Assembly: GCA_051313645.2 (NCBI GenBank)
Contig: JBNRSN020000010.1
Location: 5,580,001-5,644,000, forward strand
Reading direction: 5' to 3'
Origin: Centroscyllium fabricii
Taxonomy: Eukaryota
Length of the DNA stretch: 64,000 nt
The notes beneath the pieces were generated by a model. That model saw nothing but the letters and a program-made list of their open reading frames with translations. It was not told the origin of the DNA and did no database searches. Made by a program: the position numbers and the translations under genes. Shown one piece after another: positions 38,076-49,035 of this stretch (its first letter is position 1; the number at the start of each line of letters is the position of its first letter).

Positions 38076-38359
38076 TTAAACTGCCGTTCCACTCTCCCTG
38101 TTAAACTGCCGTTCCACTCTCCCTGTTAAACTGCCGTTCCGCTCTCTGTTCCTGGTCTTTTTAAATTGCCGTTCCGCTCTCTGTTCCTGGTCTTTTTAAA
38201 CTGCCGTTCCGCTCTCTGTTCCTGGTCTTTTTAAACTGCCGTTCCACTCTCCCTATTAAACTGCCGTCCCACTATCTGTTCCTGGTCTTTTTAAACTGCC
38301 GTTCCACTCTCCCTATTAAACTGCCGTTCCACTCTCCCTATTAAACTGCCGTTCCGCTC
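38076..38359 (-). repeat. 5' tandem monomers of the LINE (25- and 35-bp variants, about 10 units)
   Basis: Core TTAAACTGCCGTTCC(A/G)CTCT repeated with two alternative spacers. Confidence 0.9.
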
Positions 38360-38614
38360 TCCTCATATCTCTTGGTTTCTTCCGCATCCAAAAATCTATC
38401 GATCTCTGTCTTCTCAATGACTGAGTATCCACAGCCCTCTGGGGTGGAGAACTCCAAAGATTCACAAGCCTTTGAAGAACTTTCTAGTCCTCTCAGTGGC
38501 TGACCGGTTATTCTGAGACTGTGACCCCGAGTTCTGGACGCCCTAGCTCGAGGAAACGGCTTCCCGGCATCTATCCCGTCTGTGAGCTAACTCCATATAC
38601 CCACCTTTGGCCCA

Positions 38615-39558
38615 TGTTGGAGAGTGTATTAACTGACACTCGATGCGAGGTTTCAGATTGATATTCAAGTGGTCTTTATTACGCCGGTGGGGAGCCAGTC
38701 TCTCACCAACAGACTTCTCCAACTTGTTACAGTGCGTACAGCATTTATTTATGCAGGTTGAGCACCGTTAATCCAGCACCCCCGGGACCAGGCCGGTGCC
38801 GGACCATTGAAAATTCCAAACCACTGAAGGTTTGGGGAGGAGCGCGCGGGTAGAACACTCCCCGGGTCCCGGAGCGCGCGGGTAGAACACTCCCCGGGTC
38901 CCGGAGCGCGCAGGTAGAACACTCCCCGGGTCCCGGAGCGCGCAGGTAGAACACTCCCCGGGTCCCGGAGCGCGCAGGTAGAACACTCCCCGGGTCCCGG
39001 AGCGCGCAGGTAGAACACTCCCCGGGTCCCGGAGCGCGCAGGTAGAACACTCCCCAGCAGGGAGCCCGGGGATCGAACACTTAAAAGACCTGAAAAAGCA
39101 GAAACCCAAACGCCCAACGCTTTCGGCGCTCACTCACCCTTCCGGGGAAACGGCGCCGCCGAGCGGCTGCTCTGCAAAATGAAGAGCGCCGGTTTCCAAT
39201 CGTGCCGAACCACTGAAGCTGCCGGACCATCGGATGCCGGATTACCGGTGCTCAACCTGTACTTTCAAATACCTCGTAGCGACCTTGTGACTTACAATCT
39301 TATTGGACTCCTGCAGTTGCTTAATTGGATTATAAGCTGCATGATTCAAACCGGCCAATTGACCTCTGGATGATGGCATGCAGCTTTTGGTTGATTTTAC
39401 TAACTCTGTACAGCTGCTGATTGAAAGATCAGTTTTGATCACATTACAAAACCTCATCAAGGTGCTTTCTGCTTTGATAAGCAGCCACGAGTTTCTGCGC
39501 ACACATACTGCTTTGCAAGCTGTCAGCAAATTTTTAACTTTAACACTTTCCATCTTCA
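38615..39558 (-). repeat. Putative 3' LTR of the provirus (about 440 bp after removing the MITE)
   Basis: Minus strand: PPT AAAAGGGGGG-C then TGAAGATGG...; TATAAA across the MITE insertion site; AATAAA at 38675-38680; ends ...CCAACA. The second LTR is not available, so the left boundary is tentative. Confidence 0.6.
38754..39259. mobile_element. pogo/Tigger-like MITE with an internal 32-bp tandem array (about 38839-39056, 7 copies)
   Basis: TIRs CAGGTTGAGCACCG.TAATCC.GCA / TGC.GGATTA.CGGTGCTCAACCTG; TA on the right and TG (mutated TA) on the left. Confidence 0.88.
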
Positions 39559-39674
39559 GCCCCCCTTTTGGTTCGTGGCCCCTGCCCAAGTTAACCACAC
39601 ACACACACGAGTGTGTCTCCTGCTCCTCACGGTGATCAAGCGCTGGTTTGGGGGACCCGGCACACTCCGCATGC

Positions 39675-40156
39675 TTATATTAGTTTATTTTGCTCGCTGA
39701 CTATTGCTTTGGCTATTTCCTTGTTTCTCCTCCTCCTGCCCGTGGCGCATGCCGCTATTCCCCACCTTACTGCTAAAACTAACTGTACTACCACAAGTAT
39801 GTGTGATAGAATTCGGATCCAGGGGTGGATGTTAACATTCATTCCCCAGTCCCATATTTTCTGGTACCATGGGACTTCCCTCAATTTTTTCATCTATGTC
39901 TTTTCCTAATGTCTCAAGATTTCCCCTCAACACATGGCATTGCTTGACCATCTTCTGTAAGTTGTTTTTTATTTCTCATAAATCCTTTGGCAGTTGAGGA
40001 ATTGGAGCCCCGATCTGATCCTCATACTCCTGGAAGTCCCTTCCTAGTTCCTCTGTCACATTAGGCGCTTCCTTGGGCTTGTGTATATTAGTCTGGTATG
40101 CCCAATGGACACGGGATGCACGTCAGTGGTGTAAAGCAGAAGTTAGGCATGGTAAT
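39675..40156 (-). pseudogene. env: env C-terminus: Trp-rich membrane-proximal region, TM anchor and basic tail
   Basis: VPWYQKIWDWGMNVNIHPWIRILSHILVVVQLVLAVRWGIAACATGRRRRNK, immediately upstream of the PPT and LTR. Confidence 0.75.
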
Positions 40157-40538
40157 AGAAACATAGAAACTAGGAGCAGGAGTAGGCCATTCGGCCCTTC
40201 GAGCCTGCTCCGCCATTCAATGAGATCATGGCTGATCATCCAAACCCAGTCCCCTGCCCTCTCCCCATATCCCTATCGAGCCTGCATCGACACACATCCC
40301 ACCCTATCCCCGTAACCCCACATATTCAATCCCCCTAACACTAGGGGTCAATTTATCATGGCCAATCAACCTAACCCGCACATCGTTGGACTGTGGGAGG
40401 AAACCGGAGCACCCGGAGGAAACCCACGCAGACACGGGGAGAATGTGCAAACTCCACACAGATAGTACCCGAGGCTGGATTTGAACCCGGGTCTCCAGTG
40501 CTGTGAGACAGCAGTGCTACCCACTGTGCCACTGTGCC
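40157..40538 (-). mobile_element. Full-length HE1-like V-SINE inserted in env
   Basis: V core and tRNA head; GTAAT duplication at 40152-40156 and 40539-40543. Confidence 0.9.
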
Positions 40539-40540
40539 GT

Positions 40541-40819
40541 AATGTTGCATACAAGGTCCGCGTACCGGTATCTAGTTGTGGTCGCACAGTACCCACCACC
40601 CCCACTCCCACCCCTTGTATCCTGAGTGAATGTTATGGTGGTCAGCATGCAAAACCTTTAGCATGCACCCTTCCGTCTTACTGTATCCACACTCGTCCTT
40701 TCGGCCCTCTCTTGTTGAATGCAGGCACACTGATGGTTCCCTTCCTAGCACATCCATCAAAGGATACACCTCTCGGTGCCCTTCCATTTTACAGCACAGG
40801 TGTTGACCAGATAGTTCAC
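40541..40819 (-). pseudogene. env: env internal cysteine-containing fragment
   Basis: LSGQHLCCKMEG...VCLHSTREGRKDECGYSKTEGCML; lies collinearly between the other env pieces. Confidence 0.55.
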
Positions 40820-41477
40820 AGAAACATAGAAGATAGGAGCAGGAGTAGGCCATTCGGCCCCTCGAGCCTGCTCTGCCATTCAGTGAGATCATGGCTGATC
40901 ATCCAAACTCAGTACCCTTTTCCTGCCTTCTCCCCATATCCCTTTAGCCTTAAGAAATATATCTAACTCCTTCTTGAATATATTTAATGAATTTTATTTT
41001 TTTTATTCATTGATGGGATGTGGGAGTCACTGGCTGGCTAGGCCTGCATTTTAGTGCCCATCCCTAATTGCCCTTGAGAAGATGGTAGTGAGCCGCCTTC
41101 TTGAACCGCTGCAGTCTTATTGTTTTTTGTAGCGGTTGTTTACAACTGAGTGGCTTGCTGGTGTGGTAACCCTTGTATATAATGTTTACCACTGTTATTA
41201 TTGTACCAATAATGGGCTGTGCAGATGTAAGGCACAGCCCTGTATACTGTGTAATACTGTTGGGAGCCAGGTCAGCCACACCTCTAACTCCTCCCCCAGG
41301 TGAGGCCCCTTTATAGGTGGAAACTGACCGAGGCTCCTCATTCCTGTACTGAAGTTCGTTCCGGAGGGTAGCTCCGTTCTTTAGCGATTAAAAGCCTTTA
41401 GTTTCGGTAACTACTCGTCGACTCTTTTAATCTAAGGTATTGACGATACGTCAATTTTAATCGCTAAATATTTTTAA

Positions 41478-43144
41478 ATGGAGAGCAGCGCAGTTAAACC
41501 TGAGAAGCTGGACATCAGTCCCCAGGACCCTGCCGCTGCTACCACGTTCGAACACTGGTTCGGCCTCCTGGAGGCCTACATGGACGCCGCCAAGGCTACA
41601 TCGGACGGGAACAAATTGCAGGTCCTCCGGTCGAGGATCTCCAGCAGGGTATTCACCCTCATCAGGAACGCCTCAACCTACACAGCGGCCATACGACAAC
41701 TACGAAAATGCTACGAGCGCCCGGTCCATTCGGTCTACGCCCGACATGTGCTTGCGACCAGATCTCAGCTACCGGGTGAGTCCAATGAGCAGTTCGAGCA
41801 AGCGCTCCTGGTACGGGTCTGTGGCTGCCAAGTCAGAACAGCTGAAGAGGAGGCAGAACTCCTCGTTCGGGACGCTTACGTTACGGGACTAAGGTGTGTG
41901 GAAGCCCGCCAGCGGCTACTTGAGAAAGACAATCTATCCCTCGAGGAGGCGACTAAGATAGCCAAATCAGTAGAGGGGGCCCGAAACAAGTTACAGGCGT
42001 ACAGCGGCACTAACCCGCAAGCCTACAACATATGGGCCGCGCCACAACAGGCCCAGGCCTGGGCAGCACCACAACGGGCCGAGACCCCCACGATGGCTGC
42101 GACAGCCACAAAAGATAAGCGCTGCTACTTCTGCAACCAGGGACTGCACCCACGAGCGAAATGCCCGGCCAGGACAGCGACTTGTGAGAGATGCGCCAAG
42201 AAAGGTCATTACGCTAAAGCCTGCAGATCAGCTCCAGCACCGTCTAACCAAAGGTACAACAGTGCAGCCTGTGAGAGCACCGACAGACACCAGGTAAGCT
42301 GCAATAGCAGCGCGATCCAGCGACGGTCCGGGGGTAGACAACAAGCGCCCCCATCTCCCACCTCGATGCGGCAAAGGCCGGCCAAGCGCGACCCCCCAAC
42401 GCGGCCAGCTGCGTGCGAATCACGGGCACCGCCAACCCGACCACCGCGGCCCGCTGCGTGCGAATCACGGGCACCGCCAACCCGATCACCGCGGTCCGCT
42501 ACGTGCGAATCACGGGCGCCCCAGCGCGCTCACAGCGGCCCACCAAGTGCGACCCCCCGGCGACGCCATTTTGTACCCAGGGCCCCTCCATGTGTGAGCC
42601 AGGGGTGCCGCCATTTTGTATCCAGGGCCCCTCCATGTGTGGGCCAGGGGCGCCGCCATCTTGTATCCAGGGCCCCACCATGTGCGAGCCAGGGGCGCCG
42701 CCATCTTGTGTACAACCCTGACCAGCAGGGGCCCCACGCACACAGAAACGCACGGCTGCGGCAGGCAAAATCAGAGTGAACCAGGACAGGCCACATACCC
42801 TGTCTAACTCTATAATGCCAATTTTGATTAATGACTACACTGTTAACTGCCTTTTTGACACAGGAAGCACTGAGAGTTTTGTACACCCCGATACAGTGCA
42901 GCGCTGCGGACTGCAGGTCCTGCCCACCAACTACCAAGTCTCCCTAGCTTCACAGTCCCACACCGCGGACGTCACCGGCTACTGCTCCATCACGCTCACC
43001 GTCAAGGGGCGCGTGTACCGTAATTTTAAATTGTATACCCTCCAGCAGTTGTGTGCCCCAGCCTTACTAGGTTTGGATTTTCAGTGCCACCTCAAGAGCG
43101 TGACAATGGAGTTCGGCGGGACCTTCCCTCCTCACCGTCAGTAG
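41478..43144 (+). CDS. Gypsy A gag and protease (frameshifted relative to Gypsy B)
   Basis: ORFs 41478-42779 (CYFC...H....C and CERC...GH....C) and 42776-43144 (CLFDTGSTESF, LLGLDF). Confidence 0.85.
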
Positions 43145-43286
43145 CCGGGACAATCCCTTCCCAAAGCGGAGCCCAGCCTGCGGCCTCTCCACCCTGAAAA
43201 TCGACCCCCCCTCGCTGTTCGCCAACCTCGATCCGAAGTGCAAACCCATTGCTACTAAGAGTCGGCGGTACAGTGAGGGGGATCGT

Positions 43287-45719
43287 ATGTTTATCAGGTC
43301 GGAGGTCGGGCGGATGCTGAAGGAGGGGATAATTGAAGCCAGCACCAGCCCCTGGCGCGCCCAAGTTGTAGTGGTGAAGTCTGGCGAAAAACAGCGGCTG
43401 GTTATCGATTACAGCCAGACTATCAACCGCTACACCGGGCTCGACGCCTACCCCCTTCCCCGCATCTCGGAAATGGTCAATCAGATCGCCCAGTACAAGG
43501 TGTTCTCCACGATCGACCTTAAATCGGCGTATCATCAGCTCCCGATTCGGAAAGCCGACTGCCCCGACACCGCCTTCGAGGCGAACGGTCGGCTCTACCA
43601 CTTCCTCCGGGTCCCCTTTGGCGTGACCAACGGAGTGTCAGTGTTCCAACGGGAGATGGACCGTATGGTTGACCAAAATGACTTGCAGGCCACTTTCCCT
43701 TACCTGGACAACGTGACCATCTGCGGCCACGACCAGCAGGACCACGATGCCAATCTGGCCAAATTTCTCGCCACGGCGGACAAGCTGGACCTTGCGTACA
43801 ATAAGGACAAATGTGTCTTTAATACAGACCGGCTCGCCATCCTCGGATACGTGGTGGAGAACGGGGTCCTCGGCCCCGACCCACAGCGTATGCGACCCCT
43901 GCAAGAACTGCCCCTACCTCACAACCCCAAAGCCTTGAGGAGATGCCTAGGATTTTTCTCCTATTATGCACAATGGGTCCCACAGTTCGCAGATAAGGCT
44001 AGACCACTCCTCAAGGCTGCCGTCTTCCCCCTTTCTGTAGAAGCCCAAACGGCATTCGCAAGGATAAAGGAAGATATTATCAAAGCGACCATGCTCGCTG
44101 TTGATGAATCCATCCCTTTCCAGGTGGAGAGCGACGCTTCAGACTTCGCCCTTGCTGCCACCCTGAATCAGGCAGGCAGGCCCGTAGCGTTTTTCTCCCG
44201 CACCTTACAGGGACCCGAAACTCGCCACTCCGCAGTGGAAAAGGAGGCCCACGCCATCGTGGAGGCCGTGCGCTACTGGCGTCATTACCTGGCCGGTAAG
44301 CGTTTTACCCTGCTCACCGACCAACGGTCGGTGGCGTTTATGTTTAATAATAAACAACGGGGTAAAATCAAGAATGATAAGATCCTGCGGTGGCGGATCG
44401 AACTCTCGACTTACGAGTACGACATTCTTTACCGACCAGGTAAACTCAATGAACCCCCGGACGCACTGTCCAGGGGAACGTGCGCCAGTGCCCAGCTCGA
44501 CCGGCTGAAGGACCTCCACGACCGCCTTTGCCACCCGGGTGTCACCAGACTCGCCCATTTCGTTAAGTCCCATAGCCTCCCCTACTCCATCACGGAGATC
44601 AAGGCTATGACCCGAGAGTGCCCTGTCTGCGCCGAGTGCAAACCCCACTTTTTCCGGCCAGACGCTGCGCACCTCATTAAGGCCACCCGCCCCTTTGAAC
44701 GTCTCAGCGTGGACTTCAAAGGCCCCCTCCCTTCCACCGACCGCAACTCATACTTCCTCACGGTAGTAGATGAGTTCTCCCGCTTCCCCTTCGCCTTCCC
44801 CTGCGCAGATATGACGAGCGCAACGGTGATCAAACACTTCACCACGCTGTTCGCCATTTTCGGTCTCCCCAGCTACATCCATAGCGACCGGGGGTCATCG
44901 TTCATGAGCGATGAACTGCGCCAGTTTCTGCTCCAGAAAGGGGTTGCCACGAGCAGAACGACCAGTTATAACCCCCGGGGGAACGGCCAGGTAGAAAGGG
45001 AGAATGGGATCATTTGGAAGGCGGTCACCCTGGTTCTCAAGTCCAGAGGCCTTCCGGTGTCCCATTGGCAGGCAGTCCTCCCAGACGCGCTGCACTCTAT
45101 ACGCTCTCTATTATGTACCGCTACTAACGCCACCCCGCACGATCTGATTTTCTCCTTCCCTAGGAAATCGACTTCGGGGACAGCTCTTCCTCCATGGCTG
45201 ACGATTCCGGGGCCGGTTTGGCTTAGAAGGCATGTCCGGAGCCTCAAGACAGACCCCCTGGTGGACAAGGTACAGCTCCTACACGCGAACCCCCACTATG
45301 CATTCGTGCAGTTCCCGGACGGGCGTGAGGACACCGTGTCCATCAGGGACCTGGCTCCCGCAGGAAGCACCACCGCAGAGCCCCTGGCCGGCCAGCAGGC
45401 CGCTCAGCCGCGGTATCCAGAAAACCCACCAGACACACGATGGCCCCTGAGCTTCCCAGCACAGAACTACGACGCGGACGGCGGGGACCAGCCGGATCCA
45501 CCGCCACCAGAAGCCACGGCACCCGATCAGCGGTCACCACCGGCAGATGCAAGTGGTACGAACCAGGAGGCGCCACCACCAACACCGGAACGCTGGCGGT
45601 CCTCCAGGCAGACACGACTGCCGGACAGACTGATCATGAACTGTTTGGCCCATTCACCCCCCACCCCCCCGGACTTAAAATTTTCAAGAAGGGGTGAATG
45701 TGGTAACCCTTGTATATAA
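43287..45719 (+). CDS. Gypsy A RT, RNase H and integrase
   Basis: IDLKSAYHQ, PFGVTNG, YLDNV, VESDASD, HDRLCHPG...CPVCAEC, SVDFKGP, IHSDRG, GNGQVEREN. Confidence 0.93.
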   Translation: MFIRSEVGRMLKEGIIEASTSPWRAQVVVVKSGEKQRLVIDYSQTINRYTGLDAYPLPRISEMVNQIAQYKVFSTIDLKSAYHQLPIRKADCPDTAFEANGRLYHFLRVPFGVTNGVSVFQREMDRMVDQNDLQATFPYLDNVTICGHDQQDHDANLAKFLATADKLDLAYNKDKCVFNTDRLAILGYVVENGVLGPDPQRMRPLQELPLPHNPKALRRCLGFFSYYAQWVPQFADKARPLLKAAVFPLSVEAQTAFARIKEDIIKATMLAVDESIPFQVESDASDFALAATLNQAGRPVAFFSRTLQGPETRHSAVEKEAHAIVEAVRYWRHYLAGKRFTLLTDQRSVAFMFNNKQRGKIKNDKILRWRIELSTYEYDILYRPGKLNEPPDALSRGTCASAQLDRLKDLHDRLCHPGVTRLAHFVKSHSLPYSITEIKAMTRECPVCAECKPHFFRPDAAHLIKATRPFERLSVDFKGPLPSTDRNSYFLTVVDEFSRFPFAFPCADMTSATVIKHFTTLFAIFGLPSYIHSDRGSSFMSDELRQFLLQKGVATSRTTSYNPRGNGQVERENGIIWKAVTLVLKSRGLPVSHWQAVLPDALHSIRSLLCTATNATPHDLIFSFPRKSTSGTALPPWLTIPGPVWLRRHVRSLKTDPLVDKVQLLHANPHYAFVQFPDGREDTVSIRDLAPAGSTTAEPLAGQQAAQPRYPENPPDTRWPLSFPAQNYDADGGDQPDPPPPEATAPDQRSPPADASGTNQEAPPPTPERWRSSRQTRLPDRLIMNCLAHSPPTPPDLKFSRRGECGNPCI

Positions 45720-46239
45720 TGTTTACCACTGTTATTATTGTACCAATAATGGGCTGTGCAGATGTAAGGCACAGCCCTGTATACTGTGTAATACTGTTGG
45801 GAGCCAGGTCAGCCACACCTCTAACTCCTCCCCCAGGTGAGGCCCCTTTATAGGTGGAAACTGACCGAGGCTCCTCATTCCTGTACTGAAGTTCGTTCCG
45901 GAGGGTAGCTCCGTTCTTTAGCGATTAAAAGCCTTTAGTTTCGGTAACTACTCGTCGACTCTTTTAATCTAAGGTATTGACGATACGTCAGCTGGGCCAT
46001 TTCAGAGGACATTAAGTGTCAACCACATTGCTGTTGGTCTGGAGTCACATGTAGGCCAGACCAGGTAAGGACAGCAGATTTCCTTCCCTAAAGGACATTA
46101 GTGAACCAGATGGGTTTTTGCAACAATCGACAATGATATCATGGACGCCATTACTTAGACTAACATTTAATTCCAGAATGAAATTGAATTGAATTTAAAT
46201 TCCACCAGCTGCCGTGGTGGGATTTGAACCCTGTTCCTG

Positions 46240-46515
46240 GGACTAGGGACAGGGTCACTGGCAAGGCTTGGAAGCTAAGCAGAGCCAGGCCTGGTTAGTA
46301 CTTGGAAGGGTGACCACCAGGGAATACCAGGTGCAGAAGGTCACGAAAGGAGCCCTGGGGAGGGGCGGTTGGCTGAAGATTGTCGGAAAGATGGAATGGC
46401 GGCGCGCACGGACACAGCGGCTTTGCTGGACTCTTGGGAGCTTGCAAGATCACATTTCGTTGTCCATGTACTTGTACATTGTATAATGACAATAAAGTTG
46501 AATTATTATTATTAT
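46240..46515 (+). mobile_element. 5S rRNA-derived SINE (SINE3-like)
   Basis: 46269-46340 GGAAGCTAAGCAGAGCCAGGCCTGGTTAGTACTTGGAAGGGTGACCACCAGGGAATACCAGGTGC matches the 5S internal control region; unrelated body, then AATAAA and an (ATT)n tail. Confidence 0.75.
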
Positions 46516-48087
46516 CATATCCTCAGAGCATTTGACTGAGCATCTGGCTTACTAGTCTAGTGACATAACTACTACGCCACCGCCTCCCCCAATTGGCATC
46601 CACCGCCTTCTGCGGTAGAGAATTCCACAGGGTCACCACTCTGGGTGAAGAAATTCCTCATCTCAGTCCTAAATGGCTGACCCCGTATCTTTAGACTGTG
46701 ACCCCTGGTTCTGGACTCCCCGACCATCGGGAACATCCTTCCTGCATCTAGTCTGTCTAGTCCTTTTTAGAATTTTATACATTTCAATTAGATCCCCTCT
46801 CATTCTTCTAAACTCCAGCAAGTACATGCCCAATCAACCCAATCTCTCCTCATACGTCATCCCTGCCATCTCAGGTATCAACCTGGTGAATCTTTGCTGC
46901 ACTCCCTTCGTGGCAAGAACATCCTTCCTCAGATAAGGTGACCAAAACTGTACACAATACTCAAGATGTGGTCTCACCAAGGCCCTGTATAACTGCAGCA
47001 AGACGTCCTTGTTCCTGTACTCAAATGCTCTCGCTACGAAGGCCAACATACCATTTGCCTTCTTAACCGCCTGTTGCACCTGCATGCTTACCTTCAGCGA
47101 CTGGTGCACAAGGACACCCAGGTCTCGTTCCACTTCCCCTTCTCCCATTCTATTACCATTCTGATAATTTGCCTTCCTGTTTTTGACACCAAAGTGGATA
47201 ACCTCACATTTATCCACGTTATATTGCATCTGCCATGCTTCTGTCCACTCACCCAACCTGTCCAAATCATACTGGAGTTTCTCGGCATCCTCCGCAACAC
47301 ACACGCCCACCCAGCTTTGTGTCATCTGCAAACTTGGAGATATTCATAGAATCCCTACAGTGCAAATAGAGGCCATTTCGGCCCATTGAGCCTGCACCGA
47401 CACATTTCCCACCCTCTCCCCGTAACCCCACACATTTAATCGCCCAAACACTAAGGATCAATTTATCCTGGCCAATCAACCTAACCCGCACATCTTTGGA
47501 CTGGGAGGAAACCGGAGCACCCGGAGGAAACCCACGCAGACACGGGGAGAATGTGCAAACCCCACACAGATAGGCACCCGAGGCCGGATTTGAACCCGGG
47601 CCCCTAGCGCTGTAAGGCAACAGTGCTAACCACTATGCCACCGTGCTGCCCGTCTAGATCATTAATATATATTATGACTAGTTGGAGTCCAAGGACCGAT
47701 CCCTGCGGTACCCCACTAATCCCTGCCTGCCACTCGGAAAAAGACCCGACAATTCCTACTCTCTGCTTTCTGTCCGCCAACTAGCTCTCTATCCAAGTCA
47801 ATACGTTGCCCCAATCCCATGTGCCTTAACTTTACACGCTAATCTCTTACGCGGGACCTTATCGAACACCTTTTTAAAGTCCAAATACACCACATCCACT
47901 GGTTTTCCCTTCTCTATTTTACCAGTTACATCATCAAGCAATTCCAGTCGATTAGTCAAGCACGACTTACCCTTTGTAAATCCATGTACTAGATGTATGT
48001 TTCCCCTCTTGTCACACCTATATTTCCACCTGATATTGAAGTGAGGACGCGGTTTCTGACCCTACCGCCGGTACCAAGAATACCAAT

Positions 48088-49035
48088 TGTAGTATCTCCA
48101 AATTTGCGGATGACACTAAATTGGGAGGCAGTGTGAACAATGAGGAGGATGCTAGGAGGCTACAGAGTGACTTGGAGAGGTTGGGTGAATGGGCAAATGT
48201 ATGGCAGATGAAGTACAATGTAGATAAAAATGAGGTTATCCACTTTGGTGGTAAAAATAGAGAGGCAGACTATTATCTGAATGGTGGCAGATTAGGGGAA
48301 GGGGAGGTGCAACGAGACCTGGGCGTCATGGTACATCAGTCACTGAAGGTGGGAATGCAAGTGCAGCAGGCAGTCAAGAAAGCAAATGGCATGATGGCCT
48401 TCATAGCAAGGGGATTTGAGTACAGGAGTAGGGAGGTGATGCTACCGTTGTACAGAGCCTTGGTGAGGCCACACCTGCAGTATTGTGTGCAGTTTTGGTC
48501 TCCTAACTTGAGGAAGGACATTCTTGCTATTGAGGGAGTGCAGCGAAGGTTCACTAGATTGATTCCTGGGATGGCCGGACTGACATATCAAGAAAGACTG
48601 GATCAACTGAACTTGCATCCTCTGGAGTTCAGAAGAATGAGGGGGGATCTTATCGAGATGTTTAAAATCCTGACTGGTTTAGACAAGTTAGATGCGGGCA
48701 GAATGTTTCCAATGTTAGGGAAGACTAGAACCAGGGGTCACAGTCTAAGGATAAAGGGGAGGCCATTTAAGACTGAGATGAGGAGGAACTTCTTCACCCA
48801 GAGAGTGGTGAATCTGTGGAATTCTCTGCCACAGAAGGTTCTTGAGCCCAGTTCGCTAAATATATTCAAAAGGGAGTTAGATATAATACTCACAACTAGG
48901 GGGATCAAGGGGTATGGCGAGAAAGCAGGAATGGGGTACTGAGGTAGCATGTTCAGCCATGAACGCATTAAATGGCGGTGCAGGCTCGAAGGACCGAATG
49001 GTCTACTCCTGCACCTATTTTCTATGTTTCTATGC
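48088..49035 (+). mobile_element. CR1 LINE 3' fragment inserted in env
   Basis: SKFADDTKLGG...GYGEKAGMGY* with tail TTTCTATGTTTCTATG. Confidence 0.92.

Larger units (their letters stand above)
33582..38359 (-). mobile_element. Full-length two-ORF LINE (L2/Crack/Daphne-like), AT-rich
   Basis: Poly(A) tail (T run at 33581-33591) preceded by AATAAA, AT-rich 3' UTR, ORF2, ORF1 and 5' tandem monomers. It interrupts a CR1 tail (...CCCGATCCT | TCCTCATATC...) with a candidate TCCT target-site duplication. Confidence 0.9.
41162..45990 (+). mobile_element. Gypsy LTR retrotransposon A, full length
   Basis: 292-bp LTRs 41162-41453 and 45699-45990, identical by eye, TG...CA; TSD GCTGG; PPT AGAAGGGGTGAA; gag CCHC knuckles, protease LFDTGS, RT YLDN, RNase H DAS, integrase HHCC and D,D,E. 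Confidence 0.97.
40820..47985 (-). mobile_element. CR1 LINE (tail 40820-40995, body 46595-47985) hosting a LINE-derived fragment, Gypsy A, a 5S SINE and a V-SINE (47346-47652)
   Basis: ORF 46834-47331 with RPHLEYCVQFWSP; the CR1 tail sequence resumes after 46590. Confidence 0.85.

Noticed and set aside
38745-39133. Three overlapping minus-strand ORFs with a 32-aa period
   Set aside because: Artefact of a stop-free 32-bp array inside a MITE.
46269-46340. Functional 5S rRNA gene
   Set aside because: The 5' part of 5S is missing, there are several substitutions and no T-run terminator, and it continues into a SINE-like body and tail.
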